Below, piece by piece: positions 1-12,179 of a stretch of 64,000 bases of DNA; position 1 is the first letter of the stretch; each line of letters starts with the position of its first letter. The position numbers and the translations under genes are program-made. This DNA is from Eledone cirrhosa (Eukaryota). The DNA lies in contig OZ024744.1 of the NCBI GenBank assembly GCA_964016885.1, forward strand, positions 16,802,001-16,866,000. The letters are read 5' to 3'. The notes beneath the pieces are model-generated. The model searched no databases. It was not told the origin of the DNA and saw only the letters and a program-made list of their open reading frames with translations.

Positions 1-716
1 CATTCGTCAGATGAAATTCCAGCGCAAGCCAAGGGGCCCCTGACACAGTCCCGGTACCGCAGTTTTTGTTTGTGTGGTGGTCGCCTTCCTTCGCACAGTT
101 CACCGTAAAGAAGTTGCTTTGGAATACGATCATCAGAGATCCGGACCATGTGTCTGCACTTCCCCAACCTATACCGAAAGACCATGCGCTCTATACGCAT
201 ACACCTGCTCCGTTTGAGAACTTCCAAATCACTGGCGAACATTTCATATCGCACCCCAAGTAACTTACAAAGAGATTGTTGGTGAAATCTCTCCAGTTCC
301 TTGAGGTGCTTTCTGTATGTGACCCATGTTTCACAAACATAAAGCAAAGAGGAGACGACACAAGTCAGATACACTTTCACCTTGGTTTCAGTAGTGATAC
401 CTCGTCTGGACCATAAACGTTCGTGCAGCCGTCCAAAAGCATCACTGGCTTTCTTGATTCTTAAGGATATTTCATCATCAAGGGTGCATGAATTGTTCAA
501 CGTACTACCATGTTAAACAAATTTGTCGGCAACCTTTAGTCTCTTTCTGTACACGTACACACTTGGTATCGTGTATTCTTTTCCGGGTACTGGCTGATAC
601 ATCACAACAGTGTTATCCAAGCTTATAGTGAGGCCCAAAGCGCTGCAACCTTCAGAAGAAGAGTTCATAATATGTTGCATGTCAATTTGTGAGTGTGAAA
701 AACATGATGGCTGCAA
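1..716 (-). mobile_element. Decayed RTE-clade LINE fragment (RT C-terminal region)
   Basis: Minus-strand translation (MQHIMNS..CSALGLTISLDNTVVMYQP..KVADKFV; further on RIPKQLLYGELCEGRRPPHK) is homologous to the RTE ORF at 6320-6950; broken by stops and frameshifts. Confidence 0.85.
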
Positions 717-1477
717 AACTATTGCTATCGCTTGTCATATTACAGAGTTTGGAGCACTTTTAGGCTACGGCCAGCCACACAAACCTATAACATATCCTGA
801 ACAAGCAATGCCTGTGCTTTGAAGGTTTTTAAGTGGAGAAAGGCCTTGCACTCGACCAATCCCACTCTCTGAGCATCGAAAACACTACCCTAAAAGGCGA
901 ACTTGTCAACTTCATCGGATGCTTCCGAAGGCGCAAGCTTTTTTTTTTTCAGAGTTTCCCTCTCTTAGAAAGATGTTGTGATAACCAGGTGAAAAAAGAA
1001 AATACTATTTGGATGGCCGTTGACACCTGCCGGGTCTTGTATTTCATATGTACTAGTTTCAAGCTTATTAGCTATCGTCAGCATCGTATACCTTCCTGTC
1101 AGATGATTGAACGTTTGAAACTATATACTTTCCTTATGCATATTAACGGTTGAGCAGCCTAATTTTCATATCGAGTGAGTTAGTCGGCCGAGCGCACCGA
1201 AAACGATCAATGGAAAAAATGAAATGAAATTACATTTCTCACTCTTAGTACGGCTGATACTTAAATGTAAGTATGTATACGTACATACATATATGTATAC
1301 AGACGTACAATAGTATGTATATATATACATACATGCACATATATATATATATACGTATGGGTTTACCGAACATTTATTATAATGTTCGGTTTGTTTGTAA
1401 ACAAACAGCCCGAATTAAGTCGTACAGTGTTCCTGTGTCAGTGTTGAACAAAAGGGCGACGATGGTTGCCGAACACT

Positions 1478-1965
1478 GAATGGAATAGCAACATCACAAC
1501 TTAGAATTAAGGACAAAATGAAAACACACACACACATAGAACAAACAAGCAACCAGTAACATTTAAATAAACAAATAAATAAACAAATATAAACACACAG
1601 AGACACGCGGATGTAACAGATGCGCAAACTAAGCACACAACACACATAAAAACAAGATGGCGTAGGACAGAACAAAGGAGAGGCACAAAAACAAAGAAAA
1701 GAATCACCAGTCACTGAAGAGGTCACAGAATGTGTGACGAAAGAACTTTGACAATATATAAACAATCATCTGGTTGTGGAACCAACCAACCGGAAATTTA
1801 TAAATTCCTAAATTTATAAATTTAATTTATTATAATAAATTGAAGTGAAAGAACTGGTGCGTGTGTTTCTTATTGGCAACATGACCCTCCCAAAGTATAA
1901 CGGTTTCAATACACCTTTTCAGATAAAGAATCTTGCTAAACAAATTCAGAAACGAAATATATATA
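1478..1965 (+). mobile_element. Solo Penelope-like 3' terminal repeat (pLTR) copy
   Basis: High-identity reverse complement of 36485-36956, which lies directly downstream of the Penelope ORF; contains a hammerhead core. Confidence 0.75.
1710..1752 (+). ncRNA. Minimal type I hammerhead ribozyme (Penelope-type)
   Basis: GTCA-CTGAAGA-G-GTCACA gaatg TGTGAC-GAAA-G aa C-TT-TGAC: stem I 4 bp, core CUGANGA/GAAA, 6-bp stem II, 2-bp stem III, CUU cleavage triplet. Confidence 0.65.
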
Positions 1966-2073
1966 TATATGAACAAACAACAGAGAGGCAGTACAAATGA
2001 TATGGTTTTTAGTTTCACACACACTATATATATATGTGTGTGTGTATATATGTACGTATATGTGTACATTATG

Positions 2074-2672
2074 TCAGGTCACCACTTGGTGCTACTGGTA
2101 ACATGTATTCCAGTACAACCTGTCCCATGGTCGTGCGCGACTAAACTGGCAACCCCACCAAGGTTTCTTGTTGAGGAGGGTGACTTTGGACATCCTGCAG
2201 TACTAAAAACAAAACCTGTCAAAGGGCAAAGGAGCTCTTAAGAGTCAATGGCCATCCAAAATCACTGGGAGAGATGACCCCTTAGCCTTTGTCAAGGCAG
2301 AATTCTAGGAGAAGGAAAACTCTGATATACCACCTGCAACCCTGATGGTATCCAATGATGTTGACTTGTTCTTCTTTTTGGTAAATATCATCTTGGTTAA
2401 GAGAGTGGGACTGGCTTTGTGCAGTGCCTTTGCTCACTATAAAAGCTTCACGGCACAGGCATTGCTTTATATCTGGAGATCTCTCTGCACTTGTCGTCAC
2501 ATGGTACCATGGGCCCAGCACTGTGTCAATAATTGTCACAAGTGTAGTGTTTGTACCAGAGTTTTCAAGTCGCTGGCTGGACTAAAAAGTCACACTCGTT
2601 CAGCGCATCGGTAGCGGTTCTCCTACATGGATATAAAGTAGTGACCGTACTCGAAAACGAGTTGGCAGCCAC
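2074..2672 (+). mobile_element. Non-autonomous bipartite RTE-derived element, copy 1
   Basis: Near-identical to 8055-8660. The middle matches the RTE 5' UTR (CACTGGGAG..ACCCCTT..TTCTAGGAGAAGG). The 3' part encodes the last C2H2 finger ([22 protein letters not shown]) and the RTE 3' hairpin CTCG-AAAA-CGAG..GCAGCCACCA. Confidence 0.8.
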
Positions 2673-2756
2673 CATATATATATATGTATGTATGTATATA
2701 TATATGTATTTATATGTGTGTATATATGTATGTATGTGTATGTATATATATGTATG

Positions 2757-2811
<55 letters not shown>

Positions 2812-2836
2812 ATGTATGTGTATGTATGTATGTATG

Positions 2837-2868
<32 letters not shown>

Positions 2869-3114
2869 TGTATGTATGTATGTATGTATGTATGTATGTT
2901 TGTATGTATGTATGTATATGTATGTATGTATATTTATATATGTATGTATGTATATATGTATATATATGTATGTATGTATGTGTATATGTATGTATATGTA
3001 TGTATGTGTGTATATGTATGTATGTATGTATATATGTATGTATGTGTATGTATATATATGTATGTATGTGTATATATATATATATGTGTATGTATGTGTA
3101 TGTATGTATGTATG

Positions 3115-3145
<31 letters not shown>

Positions 3146-3184
3146 TTGTATGTATGTATGTATATGTATGTATGTATGTATATT

Positions 3185-3218
<34 letters not shown>

Positions 3219-3331
3219 TGTATATGTATATATGTATGTATGTGTATATGTGTATATGTATGTGTGTATATATGTATGTGTCTTGAAAGTCAACAGTTGA
3301 CATAATCTTGTAATCTTGTATCAGTAATGAC

Positions 3332-3423
<92 letters not shown>

Positions 3424-3525
3424 CGTGTAAGTGAGTAGAGTAGCGTGTGTGTGTTTGTTTGTATGTATGAGTGTTGCTGTGTGCGCGCATATGTATGCGT
3501 GTGGGTGTATGTCGTACGTATAAGT
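2673..3525. repeat. (TATG)n/(TA)n/(TG)n compound microsatellite
   Basis: Directly visible; the YVCM-type ORFs here are artefacts. Confidence 0.95.
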
Positions 3526-3553
3526 TTCAATAAGTGATTTTTTTTTTTTTTTT

Positions 3554-6500
3554 GCGCGGGGACATAGAAATAATCGGGCTGGATGCCCGATCGCGCAGTT
3601 AAACCACTGGGAGTGAAGAACCCCTTGCCCTTGTCAGGGCATTCTTCTAGGAGAAGGCATCTCAGGAAACTGGGTTAACTCCGACATAAAACCTGCGGCT
3701 CAGTAGTTACCGATGATGTTGATCTTTTCTTCTTTTCGGGTTATAGCTACTGTCGCTCAGAGAGTGGGATTGGCTCAGTGCACAGTCTTTCCTCACTTTA
3801 AAAATATTCGTCACGCACAGGCATTGCACGAGTGCATTAATAATTATTAATAGTGTACTATTATTATTATTATTATTATTACTATTATTAATACTTTTTT
3901 TTTTTCCAATTCAATGATGTTCCAGAACAATGTAAACGAGATAATTGCCAATTTAGGTTCTTGAACAAAAAAGATCATTGGCAATAAGGGCAGGGGCCCC
4001 AAGTTATCACAACCTGGGCCCGCCCGTCATCGTGCCATTGTAATAGAGCCAAACAGGGCATTTAGTCTTGGCTGCTGGAACGTACGGACGCTGCTTGACA
4101 GGGATTCTTTGGCGCGTCCTGAACGAAGGACCGCTCTTGTTGCAAAGGAGCTTCGACGTTACGATCTTGACATCGTGGCTTTATCTGAGACGAGGTTAGC
4201 TGGAGATGGTCATCTTACGGAATTTTGTGGAGAATATACATTCTTCTGGAAAGGAAGAGATGAAGGAACCAGAAGAGAGGCTGGGGTAGGATTTGCTGTT
4301 AAGACTGTACTTGTGAATAAATTATAAGAATTCCCAGTAGGGATTAGTGAGCGTCTTATTTCCATGAGAGTTCCGCTGGACAAGGGAAGATATGCTACCC
4401 TGGTGAGTGTGTATGCTCCGACTATGAATTCTGTCGATGAAGAAAAACTGTCCTTTTACCATGCCTTGAAAGGTGTTCTAAGAAATATCCCTCAGGCAGA
4501 CAAAGTCATCGTGCTTGGTGACTTTAATGCTAGAGTGGGTAGGGATTCTAACACATGGAATGTAATCGGAAGGCATGGGGTGGGAAAGTGTAACAGCAAT
4601 GGTATGCTCCTGCTGCAGATGTGTTAGGAGCTGGATCTGTGGGTTACCAACACCATGTTCCAACAAAAGAACAAATTCAAGACCACATGGATGCATCCTG
4701 CATCTAAGGGATGGCATCTTTTGGACTACGTCCTAGTCAGGATGCGTGACAGACAGGATGTGCAGTGTGTTCGTGTTCTTCGTGGAGCTGAGTGCTGGAC
4801 GGACCACCGCCTGGTACGCGCAAAAGTGAATCTAATCACCAAACGTAAAATCCGGGCTCCTGGTGTTACCCTGCCCAAAAGATTGAATGCTGCTCGTCTT
4901 AAGGATAAAAATGTGAAGAGGACATTGGAAGAAGAGATGCAGGCTGCAGATCTTGGTGAGGATTGGTCGACCCTTAAAAAGTCGGTTTATGATGTAGGCA
5001 GGCTTGTTCTGGGATTGGTGCAGAGAAAACATCAGGACTGGTTTAATGAGAATGATGTACATATAGAAGACTTGTTGGCTGATAAGAGGCGTGCTCTGTC
5101 ACGCTACTTGACGGCAAAACCACAGGAGAGGAATACGTTGCATGAGTAGCTCAGGGATGTAAAATCACGTGTTAGGCGGAGTCTTTCTCAGATGAAGGAT
5201 CAGTGGTGGAGTGAGAAGGCTGGTGAGATACAAACTGCGTCTGATTGCAATAACACAATGCTGTTGTACAGTCTCTTGCGTGAGGTTTATGGACCGTCTT
5301 CTTCTCTGGTGACACCGATTCGCAGCAAGGATGGCAAATAACTTCTTCGTGACTCACAGGGAATTCTACGAAGGTGGCGAGAGCACTTTGATGATCTTTT
5401 GAATCAGCCGTCTGTCGCCAGTGAAGATTTCCTCAATCTCATTCCGGAAAGTCCTGTGAAAGTAGCTCTCGCAGAATCTCCGACGCTTGTGGAGGTTGCA
5501 GTGGCTATTTCGAAGCTGAACAGTGGAAGATCTCCAGGTATGGATGGCATACATGCTGAGCTCCTACAATATGGTGGTGAGATCTCCTGCAACATCTTCA
5601 CTCTTTGTTTGGAAGGATATGGGCTAATGAATCCGTGACAGAGGACTGGAGAGATGCGGTAATGGTGGTCTTGTACAAGGGCAAGGGTAACAGGAATGAT
5701 TGTGGGAACTACAGAGGTATATCATTGCTTTCTGTCGTAGGGAAAGTTTTATGTAGGGTGCTTCTGGACCGTCTGCTGACACACATTGCAGATTGTGTTC
5801 TTCCTGGAAGTCAATCTGGTTTTCGTGCTGGACGCGGCACTACTGATATGATCTTCTCAGCTAGACAGCTCCAGGAGAAGTGCATTGAACAAAGCTTGGA
5901 TCTGTATCAGGTTTTTGTCGATCTGACAAAGGCTTTCGATACTGTCAACAGAGATGCATTATGGAAGGTTCTCCAGAAACTTGGTTGCCCCCTGATAAGT
6001 TCCTTGCTTTAGTTAGGTCTTTCCATGACGACATGAAGGCTTGGGTTAATGTCGGAGGTAACATGTCGGAGCCTATCTCAGTAAAAAATGGAGTGAAACA
6101 GGGGGATATTCCAGCACCGACCCTGTTTGCCATATACTTTGCAATGGTTTTCTGTATTGCATTCAGGAATTGCGAGCATGGTGTTTACATCCGATATCGA
6201 ACCTCAGGCAGCATATTTAACATCAGGCGCTTTGCTGCGAAGACAAAAGTGTTTACATCAATCATAAGAGACCTCTTGTATGCAGATAATTGCGATCTTG
6301 TAGCGCACACAGAGAGTGATATGCAGCACATTTTGAATGCATTTTCTGACGCTTGCACTGCCCTGGGTTTGACTGTCAGTCTCAAGAAAACCGTCGTCAT
6401 GTACCAACATGCCCCTAGTAAGCAGTACACTGAACCAAACATCTATTTGTATGGCAAACGACTTGGAGTGGTTGATCAGTTTGTCTACCTGGGAAGCACT

Positions 6501-7800
6501 GTCAATCGATACGGCAACCTTGACAGTGAAATCTCACTTAGGATTAGGAAAGCAAGTGATGCTTTCGGAAAGCTAAAAAGGCGACTCTGGGGTCGGCGAG
6601 ACATATGCAGGAGGACAAAGGTAAAGGTGTACAGGGCATGTGTACTCTCTTGTCTTCTTTATGCCTGCGAGACCTGGGTCACATATCGACGCCACCTTAA
6701 GCAATTGGAGCGTTTCCATCAGATGTGTCTCAGACGGATCCATGGCGTTCACTGGAGGGACCACATCAGTGATGTCGAGATTTTGGAAAGCTCTATGTGT
6801 GACAGTATAGAAGCTCTTGTGCTTAAGCAACGACTCCGTTGGAGTGGTCACCTTGCCAGGATGAAGAATTCTAGAATACCAAAACAACTCTTCTATGGAG
6901 AGTTGGTTAAAGGAAAACGACCGCCACATAAACCAAAAAGGAGGTATAAGGATTCCTTGAAAGCCTCTCTGAAAGACGCTAACATCTCTGCTGATACATG
7001 GGAAAATATTGCTGCTGATCGTAATAAATGGAGAAAGACTGTATATGAGGGAAAAGATGCCTTTGAGGCATCTCGAATCGCACACGAGAAAGTAAAGCGG
7101 GACGTGAGGAAGGGCATTGCTGTTGCACTTCCAGACGGCGAGGGTCCTCCTATGGTGCTGACATGCAGCGTCTGTGCGAGACTCTGCCTAAGCAAAGCTG
7201 GACTCGAAAGTCATCTTCGCAGTCATAAAGTAAGACCAGTGGTTGACTACCAGGCTGCTGTTGGAGATGCTACTCATCATGCTTGCCAAACATGTGGTAG
7301 AGAATGTAAATCAGCAGGAGGGCTCAAGCGACATGCAAAAGTACACGAACTCCAACCACAGCCGACTATTCCCAGTGAATGTTTTGGTTGCCGACTCTGT
7401 GCAATACATTTTAGATCATTGGCTGGGCTAAAAAGCCATATTCGATCGCAGCGCTGTTAGTTGCTATCGTGTGTGTGTGTGTGTAGATATGCTTATGTGC
7501 GTGCGTGTGTGTGTGTATATATATGTATATGTATATTATTATTGTTGTCGTCGTTATTATTATTATTGCTATTATTATTATTATTATTATTATTATTGTT
7601 ATTAATGTATGTGTGTGTATATGTGTGAGTGTATGTGTATGTATGTGTGTATGTATATATGTATGTATGTATATATATATATATATATATATTTTTTTTA
7701 AATTTATTTATTATTATTATTATTATTATTTTTTTCTTTTTTTTCTTTTTTTTTTCTTCTCGTGCAATGGCCATACTCGATAACGAGGGGGCAGCCATCA
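3554..7800 (+). mobile_element. Near full-length RTE-clade (BovB-like) LINE, inactivated
   Basis: 5' UTR, single EN-RT ORF, 3' hairpin CTCG-ATAA-CGAG followed by GCAGCCATCA and a (TA/TATG) tail; the 3' UTR is interrupted by microsatellites at 7470-7760. Confidence 0.92.
4066..7460 (+). pseudogene. RTE ORF: APE endonuclease + reverse transcriptase + three C2H2 zinc fingers
   Basis: WNVRTL, IVALSETR, VLGDFNARVG, WTDHRLV (EN); NYRGISLL, FVDLTKAFDTV, GVKQG, LLYADN (mutated YADD) (RT); three CxxC..HxxxH/C fingers. Stops at 4325, 4625, 5147 and frameshifts near 5590 and 5990. Confidence 0.92.
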
Positions 7801-8054
7801 TATATGTATGTATATATGTATATGTGTATGTATGTATGTATATATGTATGTATGTATATATATATATGTATGTATATGTGTGTATATGTATATATGTATG
7901 TATGTGTATATGTATGTATGTATATGTATATGTGTATATGTGTGTATGTATGTATATGTATATATGTATGTATGTATGTATGTATATGAATGTATGTATG
8001 TATGTATGTATGTATGTATGTATGTATGTATGTATATATATATATATATGTATG
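7801..8054. repeat. (TATG)n/(TA)n microsatellite (RTE tail)
   Basis: Directly visible. Confidence 0.9.
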
Positions 8055-8660
8055 TCAGGTCACCAGTTGGTGCCACTGGTAACATGTATCCCAGTACAAC
8101 CTGTCTCATGGTCGGGTCGTTGGCGACTAAACTGGCAACCCCACCAAGGTTTCTTGGTGAGGAGGGTGACTTTGGACATCCTGCAGGACTAAAAACAAAA
8201 CCTGTTATAGGGCAAAGGAACTCTTAAGAGTCAATGGCCATCCAAAATCACTGGGAGAGATGACCCCTTAACCTTTGTCAAGGCAGAATTCTAGGAGAAG
8301 TAAAACTCTGATATAACACCTGCAACTCTGATGGTATCCAATGATGTTGACTTGTTCTTCTTTTTGGTAAATATCATCTTGGTTAAGAGAGTGGGACTGG
8401 CTTTGTGCAGTGCCTTTGCTCACTATAAAAGCTTCACGGCACAGGCATTGCTTTATATCTGGAGATCTCTCTGCACTTGTCGTCACAGGGTACCATGGGC
8501 CCAGCACTATGTGTCAATAATTGTCACAAGTGTAGTGTTTGTACCAGAGTTTTCAAGTCGCTGGCTGGACGAAAGTCACATTCGTTCAGCGTATCAGGAG
8601 GGGTTCTCCTACATGGATATAAAGTAGTGGCCGTACTCGAAAATGAGTTGGCAGCCACCA
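8055..8660 (+). mobile_element. Non-autonomous bipartite RTE-derived element, copy 2
   Basis: Same start (ATG|TCAGGTCACCA) and same end (GCAGCCACCA-TA) as 2074-2672. Confidence 0.8.
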
Positions 8661-8709
8661 TATGTGTACGTATGAATGTGTGGGTGTGTATGTATGCATG
8701 AGACCGCGC

Positions 8710-8747
<38 letters not shown>

Positions 8748-8959
8748 GTGTGTGTATATATATATATATGCGTATGTATGTACACACATATACACACATA
8801 TATTTATATGTGTATATATATATATGTATATATATTTGTGTATATGTCTGTGTGTATGTACCATTATGTATGTTTGGTGTGTGTGTGCCTGCCTGTGTGT
8901 GCGTGCGTGTATGTGTTTGTACGTGTGTAAGTTGGCGCGTATGTGAATGTGTTTGTCGA

Positions 8960-9480
8960 CACCTGGAATATATATTAAAAGAAACTCCACTATAGGGGGT
9001 TTCCCCAACACTTGAATCTGTTGATAGAACCCTTTCTGCCTTTGTCATCCTTATTTCAGCCTTAAAGAATTAGCTTCTAAAAAATTTCCCTTCTTTTTAA
9101 ACCATTGAACCCCACCCATCCTGTAGACACCTGTCTTACAGGCATTGTTAGTCTATGTGATAAACTAGGATTGGTATTCCAATTTTGAATTTGTTTACAG
9201 TATTTTTTCTGCCTTTGTTAATATTATAGCCTTAAAGAATTAGCTTTTAATGAACTCCCTTTTCTTTAAATCCTTCAACCAATGAACTCCATCCATCCCA
9301 ATCCCCACCCTCGCCTACCACCAGAAAAGAAAATATATAAATACCACTACTTACTTGGACAGCCAGCTTCCTGATGATTTCTCCCGAATGAAACAGTTCT
9401 AGTCCTGTAGAAGCTCTTCTATATGTATTGAGTACCTTACTTACTGTTGTTACCTCCGATTCAACCCGGAATAACTTATA
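8960..9480 (+). mobile_element. Probable Penelope-like terminal-repeat remnant of a second family
   Basis: AT-rich segment between microsatellites with an internal ~75-bp direct repeat (9032-9110 vs 9206-9280) and a hammerhead fold; no ORF. The family assignment is inferred from the ribozyme only. Confidence 0.4.
9365..9415 (+). ncRNA. Type I hammerhead ribozyme
   Basis: AGCTTC-CTGATGA-t TTC tccc GAA t-GAAA-CAG ttctagtc CTG-TA-GAAGCT: perfect 6-bp stem I, intact core, 4-bp stem III, GUA triplet (cut after 9409); stem II is weak. Confidence 0.7.
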
Positions 9481-9557
9481 TATATATATACATATATATA
9501 TATAATAAAATAAAACAAGATGTGTGGTTACTTCTTCATTACGTTTATATATATATA

Positions 9558-9703
9558 CTAGCAGAATGGCCCGGCGTTGCTCGGGATTTGCTCTAGGGTT
9601 CTTATATATTTGATATATATTTATCCTTATCGAGCCCCGTGAAATAAATACGTTTGTTTATATTTTGTTATTGTGTATGCAAAAATATCTGTACACGAAT
9701 ATA

Positions 9704-9738
<35 letters not shown>

Positions 9739-10207
9739 AAATAACAGATTAAAGTTTAAGCAAAGAATCGGTGCTTTCACCATTAACGGGATCTTCTGAA
9801 ACTAAAAAAATCAATCTGAGAAAGCAGAAGTAAATATTTCAAAAAACGTTACACCCACTATATATATACACACACACTATATATACATATATATATATAT
9901 ATATACACGCACATATAGCGACGCCATAATGTCGTAATGCAGACAACAGACATACAGACAGATATTATAAGGGCGCAACGTTATATCTATGTGTCTATCT
10001 AAAAAGAAAGACTAATAATTATAGAGAGAGATCGCTAAATCGCCTAATGCGGTCCCTAGGGCATTGAAAATTTCAAATTTCTTTGCTCAGAACACTCAAT
10101 AGGACCATAAGTATTACATGTGTAAAGTTTGAAAACAATCGGTTGTGTGGTTCTCGAGTTTTAGGGAGTCAGACAGACAGACAGACATTCTCTCTTTTAT
10201 ATATATA
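9558..10207 (-). mobile_element. Non-autonomous Helitron, copy 1
   Basis: Reverse complement of the element at 39762-40871; minus-strand 3' end has the GC hairpin CCCGAGCAACGCCGGG then CTAG|T. Confidence 0.75.
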
Positions 10208-10820
10208 TATATACACACACAGACATAGACACACAGACATAGACACAAATATACACACAGACAAGCATAAACATACATATACGCACAAATATTTACACAC
10301 ATAAACACAAACATTCACGCACATATACGTACATGTAAGCATACATATATAAACACATATAGAGACAAATATTGACATACACACATATATACATACATAC
10401 ACACACATGTACATATGTAAGAAGACATATATGCAAAGAAATATGTACAAACATGCACATACACATATACATATCGTTCATACATATATATAGACATATA
10501 GGTACACATATAGACATATACACACATATGCATACATATAGGAAGACATATATACATACATATAGGCACACATATACATACATATATACTCATACATATA
10601 CATACATATAGGAAGACTTATATACAAACACAGGCACAAACATACACATACACACACATATGCATACATTTAGGAAGACATATATACAGACATATAGTCA
10701 CACATATATATACATATACACACATACATATACATATATATAGGCCGCGATATATTGAGACGTATAGGCACAAACACACACACATATATACATATATCAA
10801 CATACATATTGGCGAAGATA
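10208..10820. repeat. (CATA)/(CA)/(TA) low-complexity tract
   Basis: Directly visible. Confidence 0.85.
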
Positions 10821-11189
10821 TATAGAGTCATATAAATAGAATGAGAGCTCTCAACATACCATTATCCTTATACGTTACAATAAGCCCCATCCGATGTTCA
10901 TGTGACCACTCTCACTAAAATACTTTCTAGGGTTTCCTCTAAAATTTAAGAGAAGAGGATTACAAAATGTCCGACAGAAAGCCATAAAAATATTGCAGTG
11001 AAAATGAAGGTTGTTGATGACAGTTCCGGTGGTATGACGTGATGACAGGAAGTTCTCTTGATTAGCTGAAGAATGGTTGACATGTTCTTGCAAGATCCCT
11101 ATGTTTACATAATGCAAGCGATCTACCAATGTCTCTCTATATATCTATCTCTAGCATTATTTTGTCTGTTTGTCCAACTGTTTGCGACT

Positions 11190-11247
11190 GTATGTGTATG
11201 TGTGTCTGTGTCTGTGTCTGTGTGTGTTTGTGTGTTTGTGTGTATCT

Positions 11248-11305
<58 letters not shown>
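11190..11305. repeat. (TG)n and (TC)n microsatellites
   Basis: Directly visible. Confidence 0.9.
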
Positions 11306-11307
<2 letters not shown>

Positions 11308-11481
11308 ATGCGAACATCTCTTACAATCTACATTTGTTTCTCATTCAAGCTCCGCCCCCATGCCTCTCTCTATCTCTCTCTTCTTGCTCTCTTGTGTTTT
11401 GTCTTTCTCTCTCTCTATCTCTCAGTATGTCAGATTTTCCGCATTTCTTCATGTTTTCCGATTTCTTTGTGAACGTCTTTC

Positions 11482-11907
<426 letters not shown>

Positions 11908-12179
11908 TATATCTATCTATCTATCTATCTATCTATAATCTAGCTGTAATCTAGCTGTCGTCTGTTCTACAGTGTGGATGTAATTCACTTCGCGCAGAAG
12001 TTTTGTTCAAATTTATTGCGGAAATTTTGTGAGTTCAAATTTAATTTTGATACAATTGTGTAGTTTGACCCCCCGTCTGAACTGTCAGGCGGTGGGTCAG
12101 CTCATCTTTACCCCTCCTAGAGGTGAAAAACCTGTTTTAAAAAATTTTGTGGCAAAAAAATTTCAATCGTCTAACAGAA

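Noticed and set aside
720-1265. Possible DNA transposon end and the 106-aa ORF at 833-1153
   Set aside because: No TIR pair, TSD or recognisable protein motif could be established.
2551-3530. Long YVCM/IYIY/THTH ORFs (also 7493-8227, 8524-9048, 10083-11617)
   Set aside because: Stop-free translations of microsatellites, open in several frames and on both strands.
10830-11130. Unique-looking segment with an 84-aa minus-strand ORF, possible host exon
   Set aside because: No recognisable domain or convincing splice sites.
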